From positions 480,001 through 544,000 of the forward strand of contig OY776510.1 in assembly GCA_963675665.1 (NCBI GenBank): a stretch of 64,000 nucleotides of DNA, in the 5' to 3' direction. Positions 20,142 through 27,118 of the stretch are shown here, in pieces (the stretch's first letter is position 1; every line of letters begins with the position of its first letter). Both the position numbers and the translations under genes were made by a program. Source of the DNA: Spirochaetia bacterium. Lineage in GTDB: Bacteria > Spirochaetota > Spirochaetia > UBA9216. The notes beneath the pieces were generated by a model that was given only the letters and a program-made list of their open reading frames with translations, was not told where the DNA came from and made no database searches.

Positions 20142-21194
20142 TTATTTTATTTTCGCTCTACGTTCCTGAATGGTTTTGAGCGCATTCTTCCACGCAGACT
20201 CAAACTGTGAACGAAATAGTACAACTGCACCAAAATCTTCATATTCTTCGGGCTGCAGCGAACCAAGCATATACGCGCGTTTAAAATCCTCAACCTTGTT
20301 TATTAACTCGTCTTCGACGGAGAGGGGAACCGGCATAAAGAAACGTTGTACAACCGGTGGGTTCTGATCAACCAGCTTATCGGCGGTACCTTCCCAGTTG
20401 ATCGTAACGATTGCATCAGCACCCACCATCTCTGTAAAATGATGAAGGCCACGTGCGCCGCCGCCAATGAACCGAAGGTTGCATTTGCGTTCCTTAACCA
20501 TCCAATAGCATTTTCTTGCAACGGTCATACCGGCCTGACACATTAAATCTGAAGAAATATCAATATTGTTTTCTTCAATGAAATTGTGTAGATGCTCATC
20601 ATAAATACCCGTTATGACCGAATAATACATATGCGCAGGATTCTTGATTCTCTCACATGCTTCCTCGTACAGCTTAAGCACCGTCATTACCTGATCAACA
20701 GTCATGATCTCGGTTGTATTAATAGGTACACGCTCAGGAGCAAGCTCCTTGATCGCTGCGATGCCGCCCTCAACGACCGGAATTTTTGCAGTCATGTTGG
20801 GCAGATTCTCCGTATTATATCTTGCGCATTCGACTATAGTGTCGACCGACTCATCGAACGGATCGCCCTGTATGCTGACATAACCGTCTTCACCATGGCT
20901 TTTTTCATAAATATCCATGAAAATATTCGCAATGCCTTCGACCAATTCCCGTTGCAGCTTGATCAGGGCTTGGTTGTCATCCGGTTCTGATCGTAGAATT
21001 ATATCCAGCTTCTCGAAAACATATGGCCGCTCCTCCTCATTGTTCATCATTTTCCATACATAGGACGGATTTTGTGTACAGCCGACCGCCCCGGCCTCGA
21101 TGGCTTCTTTTGCTTGTAATCGTGAAACATTGTTGATCCACATGCGTGTAGGTGTCTGCGTATGGACGCGATGGAAATAACCATCTTGTTTCAT
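20142..21194 (-). CDS. Atypical transaldolase/FSA-family protein
   Basis: GAVGCTQNPS (TTNP-like), GYVSIQ, Schiff-base Lys in AKIPV, PINTT. Confidence 0.82.
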   Translation of the reverse strand: MKQDGYFHRVHTQTPTRMWINNVSRLQAKEAIEAGAVGCTQNPSYVWKMMNNEEERPYVFEKLDIILRSEPDDNQALIKLQRELVEGIANIFMDIYEKSHGEDGYVSIQGDPFDESVDTIVECARYNTENLPNMTAKIPVVEGGIAAIKELAPERVPINTTEIMTVDQVMTVLKLYEEACERIKNPAHMYYSVITGIYDEHLHNFIEENNIDISSDLMCQAGMTVARKCYWMVKERKCNLRFIGGGARGLHHFTEMVGADAIVTINWEGTADKLVDQNPPVVQRFFMPVPLSVEDELINKVEDFKRAYMLGSLQPEEYEDFGAVVLFRSQFESAWKNALKTIQERRAKIK

Positions 21195-21277
21195 TGTTGT
21201 TGCTCCTTTCTATTTGTTGATATTGATTTTCGGATTGCTACAAAACTTGTTGCCTAAAACCATTGACATCTTCGTCT

Positions 21278-21436
21278 AAAACAGATTATACTCTGTTTTG
21301 TTATAGAAACATAACACGCTCTATAACGGTTGTCCAGCATTTTTTGGACAAAAAAAGGATTATTACTAAAAACTGTAGATAGTCCGTTAGCAATAGTCCA
21401 TCTGTTGTTATATATAAACAGATTGCTCTCCGTTTT
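21278..21436. promoter_or_regulatory. Two related palindromic operators in the divergent intergenic region (putative TetR sites) and a tetR promoter
   Basis: AAAACAGA-TTATAC-TCTGTTTT (21278-21299) and AAACAGA-TTGCTC-TCCGTTTT (21416-21436). TTGACA (21263), 18 nt, TATACT overlaps the first site. Confidence 0.65.
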
Positions 21437-21487
21437 GCTTTATGTAATAATGGATTCATAAAACAAATAAGCAAAGGAGAATCATTA

Positions 21488-22102
21488 ATGGCATCAGCCG
21501 AAAAGGGAACCACAGTAAAGGGCAGACAAACCAAGGAGCGAATCATTACCGAAACCATGAAACTGATCAATCAAAAAGGTTATGAACAAACAACACTTGT
21601 AGACATCTGTCAGGCAGCCGATGTATCCAACGGAGCATTTTATCACTATTTTAACTCTAAACAGGATATCCTGCTGGGTTACCTTGAAAAGGAATCTCAA
21701 GATCTGGATAATTATTATAATGCACTCAAGAAAGATTCCTATATCGACGTTTTATATAGCGTGATATCTTATCAGGTTACTTATTATATTATTAAGGGTC
21801 AGGATTCTATTTCTAACCTTTTTTCAACAATGTTGCTTTCCAAAAGAAACTTCTTTTTTCTTGAGGATTATGTAGGCATGCGCATACTAAGAGATTGTTT
21901 TGAAAACGGGCAGAAGAATGGTGAGTTTCGTACTGATATTGATTTTGGCTCCATGGCATATTCGATTTTCAGTATAATATATATGGTCGTTTCGTCATGG
22001 TGTATGGACGAAGGAAGCTTTGATCTTTTTACAATGATGAGCGAGCGGATTGTGCCACTCGTAAACGTATATACTGAAAAACCAAGCCATTCTGATAAGT
22101 GA
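21488..22102 (+). CDS. TetR/AcrR family transcriptional regulator
   Basis: TKERII...KGYEQTTLVDICQAADVSNGAFYHYFNSKQDIL; AGGAG RBS. Confidence 0.95.
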   Translation: MASAEKGTTVKGRQTKERIITETMKLINQKGYEQTTLVDICQAADVSNGAFYHYFNSKQDILLGYLEKESQDLDNYYNALKKDSYIDVLYSVISYQVTYYIIKGQDSISNLFSTMLLSKRNFFFLEDYVGMRILRDCFENGQKNGEFRTDIDFGSMAYSIFSIIYMVVSSWCMDEGSFDLFTMMSERIVPLVNVYTEKPSHSDK

Positions 22103-22157
22103 TCTTAAAGCGGAAGTTTTTACGACTATCGCTGTGAAATTAAAAAGAGAGGCAAAT

Positions 22158-22817
22158 ATGAACAAGAAAGTTGCAATTGTACACACGAGTCTCGTTTCCC
22201 ACAAGGATCTCAACGAGTTGTTCAAGAAATACGCGCCGGAAGCGGAGATTGTTAACATCGTTGATGACAGTCTGCTCGCCGAAGTTGTAAAGAACGGCTG
22301 TGCCAACTGGCATACCGTCAACCGTCTTTGCAAGTACTTCGACGCTGCCGCTTCAATGGGTGTAGATCTAATCTTTAACCAGTGTTCGTCGGTGGGTGAA
22401 GCCGCCGAAATCGCGTCAAAAACTGTTGAGGTACCGTTCCTGCGCGTAGATGATGCCATGGCCGAGGAAGCCGTACGTCTTGGAAAACGAATCGGCGTGG
22501 TAGCGACTGTGGATTCAACAGTTAAACCCAGCTGCAATATTGTCAAATGCAAAGCGGCCGAAGCAAAAAAAGATGCAGAGGTTGTATCTTACCTAGTGTC
22601 TGGAGCCATGGAGATTCTTATGAAAGAAGGGCCGAAACGTCATAACGAGTACGTACTTAAAGAGATACAAAAATGTGAGAGAGAATGCGACGTCATCGTG
22701 CTGGCACAGGGGAGCATGGTTGCCATACTGCCGGAACTAGATATTATTAAAAAGCCGGTATTGACAAGTCCGGAGTTGGGCGTCAAAAAGGCAGTTAAAC
22801 TGCTGTATAACAGATGA
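22158..22817 (+). CDS. Aspartate/glutamate/hydantoin racemase family protein
   Basis: IVDDSLL, NQCSSVG, RVDDAMA, IGVVAT, DVIVLAQGSM, PVLTSP. Only the first of the two racemase cysteines is evident. Confidence 0.8.
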   Translation: MNKKVAIVHTSLVSHKDLNELFKKYAPEAEIVNIVDDSLLAEVVKNGCANWHTVNRLCKYFDAAASMGVDLIFNQCSSVGEAAEIASKTVEVPFLRVDDAMAEEAVRLGKRIGVVATVDSTVKPSCNIVKCKAAEAKKDAEVVSYLVSGAMEILMKEGPKRHNEYVLKEIQKCERECDVIVLAQGSMVAILPELDIIKKPVLTSPELGVKKAVKLLYNR

Positions 22818-23142
22818 ATAACACCCGGTTAATCCGAACTTTAAATCTATCCGGCGGAAGCTCCCTGGGAACGCTCAGCATCCCTCCAGTGACTATGGTA
22901 AGCAGAATAAAAACCCCGCCGGCAAAGAGAAACGGTATGCATACGCCGGGAAGAATCCCCGCTTTGTACAGGTTTTTTGCTTTAATTCCCGAAAAGACCG
23001 CCGCTGCAAAGGGCAGAAGCTTATGCACGGTAAATAGCAGCGTTCCGTAGGGCTTTCCGCCTCCGCTTAAGAAAAATCCGGAAATGAATGTCGAAACAAG
23101 AAGGATTCCGGTTACTATCGCAAAAGAGATTGATATATTCAC
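22795..23142 (-). CDS. Small hypothetical membrane protein, possibly C-terminally truncated
   Basis: GTG 23142 overlaps the stop of the upstream pseudogene (GTGA). Three TM segments including GKPYGTLLFTVHKLL; 3' end overlaps the convergent racemase gene. Confidence 0.5.
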   Translation of the reverse strand: MNISISFAIVTGILLVSTFISGFFLSGGGKPYGTLLFTVHKLLPFAAAVFSGIKAKNLYKAGILPGVCIPFLFAGGVFILLTIVTGGMLSVPRELPPDRFKVRINRVLFICYTAV

Positions 23143-23384
23143 AGAATCCCTCCCGCGAAGACGGAGGCCGCAATAGTTATCTGCCTGTAATCGAGTCTCG
23201 AATAACTTTCCCTGATTCCTGCCCACACGGAAGATCCGATTACTACATTCGAATAATCATTGATGCTTATACGATCAGCTTTCTTTGCGTTTATCGTTTC
23301 ACAGTTTCCGATTCAGGGGGAAAGTTCTTTGGTGCATTTTTTCGTATATCCCTTTCGGGTTCCGAACACCACAAGAGTCATCAT
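23139..23384 (-). pseudogene. Flavodoxin-domain (HemG-like) gene remnant
   Basis: Manual translation MMTLVVFGTRKGYTKKCTKELSP*IGNCETINAKKADRISINDYSNVVIGSSVWAG...; in-frame TGA at 23313-23315 and an early end. GGAG lies upstream of the ATG. Confidence 0.7.
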
Positions 23385-23577
23385 TTACTCCATAAATATT
23401 GTTATTCGAGAGGAAACAGTCAATATCCTGGTATAAAAATTTTAGTACGGGTGAGCCTAAACAGTTCCCTTATGAAAACTTTACCGTTTATCAATGAAAG
23501 CCGATCCGCCTTTGTCGCAAACAAAACACAGAGAAGCTATAATATCGTAAAAAACAACATCAGAACTGCAAGACAAT

Positions 23578-23871
23578 TCAGTATTCCACCGAAAACCTGC
23601 TGAACGTTCCTTTGGGCTGCACACTGAATTTCTCAATCAAATCTATTCGTGAATATGAGGGCCCTCCCGCATCAAGCCATTTAAACAGCAGGTTGATTTT
23701 TTCTTCAGCTCCTTCACAGTAAATTTCCACCGACCCGTCCCGTTCATTACGGACCCAGCCGGTCAAGCCGAGACGCGACGCTTTCTGCAGCGTAGTGTAC
23801 CTGAAGCCGACCCCCTGAACCATTCCGGTTACGTTGATTCTGTATGCTCTCAACCTGTTATTCATATTCAC
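23578..23871 (-). CDS. acyP: Acylphosphatase
   Basis: GMVQGVGFR, LTGWVRNERDGSVE. Confidence 0.95.
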   Translation of the reverse strand: MNMNNRLRAYRINVTGMVQGVGFRYTTLQKASRLGLTGWVRNERDGSVEIYCEGAEEKINLLFKWLDAGGPSYSRIDLIEKFSVQPKGTFSRFSVEY

Positions 23872-24550
23872 TGAACCTCATATCATTCTCTTCATTGAAT
23901 GCGTCAAGGCCTGTCATCTTCTGTTTTATATCATTATACCTGAACCCGCGCCTTAAAAGATGGTTTATCAGTTTTTTGGGGTCTTTTGAACGTGTTCTTA
24001 AATATTTTTCGATACAGCGGGATAGAGCATCTTCGGTCCTCTCTTCATCAAGCAGCTCTTCGAGCACTGATTCAGCTATCGCACGATCCACCCCCTTGCG
24101 GGCCAAACCGGCAAGCAGGCTGCTGCGCCCCTCCGGGTGCTTTTTCAGCCGCGATTCAATCCACATTTCTGCAAATCGGTGATCATCGAGGTAGCCGCGC
24201 TTTTTCAGCAGATCAACCGCGGCCAGCGCAGTTTCATTATCGTAGCCTTTCCTGCGGAGCTTCAGTATCAGCTCATTTTCCGAATGTTCGCGAACGGCAA
24301 GATACTCCACCGCCTTGTCACGGGCGGCAAATACAGCTGAACGCATAAGAATCTCGTATAGCTCGTCTTGAGAAAACCCGGCCCCGGGACGCACCGAGAA
24401 TTCAATAGCTGCCTCCGGATGAATAAAAAAAGAGGAGCCGTCTGAAAAGCCGAATGATACGACCTCGCCGAATGCTCCTCTTCTGATATCGGTGACTTCG
24501 AGATTAACGTTTTGAGAACTGGAATTTTCTCCTTGCGCCTCTCTGTCCAT
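23858..24550 (-). CDS. recX: Regulatory protein RecX with N-terminal extension
   Basis: [39 protein letters not shown]. The only ATG ahead of the N-terminal extension lies inside rpsI. Confidence 0.85.
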   Translation of the reverse strand: MDREAQGENSSSQNVNLEVTDIRRGAFGEVVSFGFSDGSSFFIHPEAAIEFSVRPGAGFSQDELYEILMRSAVFAARDKAVEYLAVREHSENELILKLRRKGYDNETALAAVDLLKKRGYLDDHRFAEMWIESRLKKHPEGRSSLLAGLARKGVDRAIAESVLEELLDEERTEDALSRCIEKYLRTRSKDPKKLINHLLRRGFRYNDIKQKMTGLDAFNEENDMRFSEYE

Positions 24551-24896
24551 ACTTCTTTCTCTCTACCATTCTTGGGTCACGGGTAAGGAATCCGTTAGCC
24601 TTAAGAGCTGTTGTATTTGATGCATCATGTTTCTGGAGAGCCCTGGCTATTGCGTGCCTGCATGCACCGGCCTGACCGGTAACCCCGCCGCCTTTGACAT
24701 TAATAACTATATCATACTTGGTAAGATTGTCAGTTACATCAAGAGGCTGTTTAACAATATAAACATTTGTAGGGTTTGCAAAATAATTATCAACATCCCT
24801 GCCGTTTACTGTAATTTTACCGCTGCCGCTTCTGAGGTAAACCCTCGCTACAGAGGTTTTTCTTCTTCCTGTGCCTAAAGCAAGATTTTCTGCCAC
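24504..24896 (-). CDS. rpsI: 30S ribosomal protein S9
   Basis: [36 protein letters not shown]...QFSKR. Confidence 0.99.
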   Translation of the reverse strand: MAENLALGTGRRKTSVARVYLRSGSGKITVNGRDVDNYFANPTNVYIVKQPLDVTDNLTKYDIVINVKGGGVTGQAGACRHAIARALQKHDASNTTALKANGFLTRDPRMVERKKYGQRGARRKFQFSKR

Positions 24897-24912
24897 TATT
24901 CAACTCCTGACC

Positions 24913-25338
24913 TTATACAATTACCGAGGGTTTCTGAGCTGCATGCGGATGTTCCGCACCCTCATAAACCTTGAGGTTTCTGAAAAGTTTTCTTCCCATG
25001 GGGCCTTTGGGGAGCATTCCCTTAACAGCCGCTTCTATTGGAAACGTAGGTTTCTTGATAAGCATATCACTGAACCTTTCAACTTTCAGTCCGCCGGGGT
25101 ATCCGGTATGTCTGTAATAAAGCTTGTCTTTAGCCTTATTACCGCTGACTTCTACCTTTTCCGCATTAATTATAATAACGAAATCGCCCAGTTCATGAAA
25201 AGGGACAAACTCCGGTTTATGCTTTCCTCTGAGCAGCTCTACAGCCTTGACAGCAACTCTTCCGAGCTTCTGTCCTTCTGCATCAATTACCCACCATTTG
25301 CGCTCTACATCTTTTGGTTTTACGTAAATCGTATCCAT
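24913..25338 (-). CDS. rplM: 50S ribosomal protein L13
   Basis: RKWWVIDA, LGRVA, LRGKHKP, HTGYPGGLK, GMLPKG, HPHAAQKP. Confidence 0.99.
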   Translation of the reverse strand: MDTIYVKPKDVERKWWVIDAEGQKLGRVAVKAVELLRGKHKPEFVPFHELGDFVIIINAEKVEVSGNKAKDKLYYRHTGYPGGLKVERFSDMLIKKPTFPIEAAVKGMLPKGPMGRKLFRNLKVYEGAEHPHAAQKPSVIV

Positions 25339-25370
25339 TTATCTGCCTTTAAAAAAATATCAAAATAAGT

Positions 25371-25411
25371 CGGAAGGTTTATTAAAGGTTCCGTCCCTAA
25401 TAAATCTTCCG
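25371..25411 (-). promoter_or_regulatory. Hairpin in the rplM 5' leader (candidate r-protein leader)
   Basis: Minus strand CGGAAGATTTATTA...TAATAAACCTTCCG; TTGACA upstream at 25456-25451. Confidence 0.5.
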
Positions 25412-25544
25412 GTAACGGGTGAACAGAATAATTCCATATTTGATTGATATTGTCAAGGCCGACGACCTTAACCCCTGTCTAAATAATTACAGCTTAGAGG
25501 TTTACTCACATATTGGTTATGCCCGGCCCCTGGTTATCTCTTCT

Positions 25545-25769
25545 TTACTGATCAGCTTCTTCTTCCGCCGCCTCTTTTTTGGCTTCCCGGACATCCTTGA
25601 TATCGGCTATTCCGACAAGAATTGCTATTATTCCTATAAAAACAGCAAGAAGAGGTATAAAACCCTTCAATACAAAAAGGATTTCCTTCCACCAACCAAG
25701 CCCGGGGGCGGGAATTGCGGCAAAAACAGCAAAGGCGGCAAGTATAATTCCTACTATCAAAGCTTTCAT
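25545..25769 (-). CDS. Small 2-TM hypothetical membrane protein (74 aa)
   Basis: AGGAGG RBS before ATG 25769; MKALIVGIIL...IADIKDVREAKKEAAEE. Confidence 0.75.
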   Translation of the reverse strand: MKALIVGIILAAFAVFAAIPAPGLGWWKEILFVLKGFIPLLAVFIGIIAILVGIADIKDVREAKKEAAEEEADQ

Positions 25770-25856
25770 AAATCCTCCTGAGTCTGTTAAGGATATCCAA
25801 TTTACAACATTTCTACAATACTTGCCTTTATAGTTTTTTATTCGTATTTTTCGGTT

Positions 25857-26042
25857 ATGAAGGTGAAACTGGATAAACAATTATGCGTCGGCTGCGGATT
25901 ATGCGAGGAGAATCTCCCTGAAATTTTTAAAACCGGAGATTATACGGCCGAGCTGAAAACAGACAATGCAGATGAAAAAATCAGAAAACGTCTGGAAGAA
26001 ACGATAGAGGACTGTCCGGTCGGAGCCATCTCACTTGCATAG
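25857..26042 (+). CDS. Single-cluster ferredoxin
   Basis: CVGCGLC...PEIF...CPVGAI. Confidence 0.88.
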   Translation: MKVKLDKQLCVGCGLCEENLPEIFKTGDYTAELKTDNADEKIRKRLEETIEDCPVGAISLA

Positions 26043-26071
26043 CAATCCTCCGACTGCCCCGGCAGAAGCGA

Positions 26072-26374
26072 TCACCATTTTCGGAATGTTCTTCTGAGCA
26101 TTATTATGAAAGCAATAATGAAAAACAGGTAAGGCAGATTTTCAAGAACTGTATTTATCCCCAGATACCCGTCTATTAAAACAATATCTTCTTCGACGAC
26201 TCCGAAAATACCGAATGTATCATACATTATCTGCCCGTACCGGAAAATAGTACCGACGACAATAAACATCCAGGCCGAATCTCTTGTTTTCGACCAGAGA
26301 ATAATAGCAAGAAAGGCCGCGCCTGCGCCGACAACAAGCCTACTTATAATAAAAACCAAACTTTGAGTATCCAT
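26072..26374 (-). CDS. Small hypothetical membrane protein (3 TM)
   Basis: 100 aa hydrophobic ORF abutting the upstream gene (AIILWSKTRDSAW). Confidence 0.7.
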   Translation of the reverse strand: MDTQSLVFIISRLVVGAGAAFLAIILWSKTRDSAWMFIVVGTIFRYGQIMYDTFGIFGVVEEDIVLIDGYLGINTVLENLPYLFFIIAFIIMLRRTFRKW

Positions 26375-27118
26375 TTAACAGAATTCCTTTTCTATATCTT
26401 TTATCGGCTTTATTTCTCCCTTATTAAACAGGTATGGCGCACATGACGGAACTGAATAATCAGCGGACAGCAGAATCCCCCGTTCAAGAAAGGCGGAAAA
26501 AAGCGCCGGATAACGATCGGCGGGGACCGCCGGATACAGCCAGGGTCCGGTTCGGTTCCACAACGGCGAATTAAAGTTTTCCCAGATTTTAATATCCGCT
26601 TCCCTGAAAAAAGCCCCCAGATCGGCGGCCGCCCGGCACATTCCGCTCAGAAGATACTGCGGTACCGGATCAGGATCGGGAAGCTGCTGACACACCGTTT
26701 TCGAGGCGCAGACTATGCTGAACCCCCCGCTGCCGGGCAGCGGAAGCAGCAGTATAAACGGTTGATCTTCCGGAGGATTAATCTGCTCAAATGGTCTGTA
26801 AATATTCAGCGCCGTTCCGTCTGAAAGCTTCGATTTTCTTCCGGAATAAACAACCGAACAGCCTGCAATGCCGGGATAAAGCATCCGCAACTGCTTCAGC
26901 AGGCGCTTACCGTATACTCCGGGATAAGGCGCCAAAAGCCCCTTTTCCAACGCATTCTTCATCATCAGAACGGTCCGCCCCGGTTTATGACCAAGCAGGG
27001 CACGCCCGCCGTCAAGATTAAAATCAAGATATCGCCTTCCGTTGAAATCATACAGATGATAATCACGCGCCCGCCGGATCTGCGGTATCAGTTTATTCAG
27101 CTCAGTTCCATTCATCAT
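26375..27118 (-). CDS. Shortened class-III aminotransferase-like protein
   Basis: The N-terminus RARDYHLYDFNGRRYLDF...ALLGH is class-III-like, but the protein is only about 247 aa. Overlaps the uvrD 3' end. Confidence 0.6.
   Translation of the reverse strand: MMNGTELNKLIPQIRRARDYHLYDFNGRRYLDFNLDGGRALLGHKPGRTVLMMKNALEKGLLAPYPGVYGKRLLKQLRMLYPGIAGCSVVYSGRKSKLSDGTALNIYRPFEQINPPEDQPFILLLPLPGSGGFSIVCASKTVCQQLPDPDPVPQYLLSGMCRAAADLGAFFREADIKIWENFNSPLWNRTGPWLYPAVPADRYPALFSAFLERGILLSADYSVPSCAPYLFNKGEIKPIKDIEKEFC

Noticed and set aside
23313-23315. In-frame TGA as selenocysteine or programmed readthrough
   Set aside because: Not at a Cys-equivalent position, no clear SECIS-like hairpin follows, and the frame is also truncated downstream. 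A pseudogene is simpler.
23440-23530. Possible riboswitch (c-di-GMP-I-like) upstream of the flavodoxin remnant
   Set aside because: Only a loose AAAGGC...AAAG resemblance; the GNRA stem and P1 pairing could not be built.
23088-23603. 171-aa plus-strand ORF in the gap before acyP
   Set aside because: The opposite strand carries a recognisable flavodoxin remnant; this ORF has no motifs or RBS.
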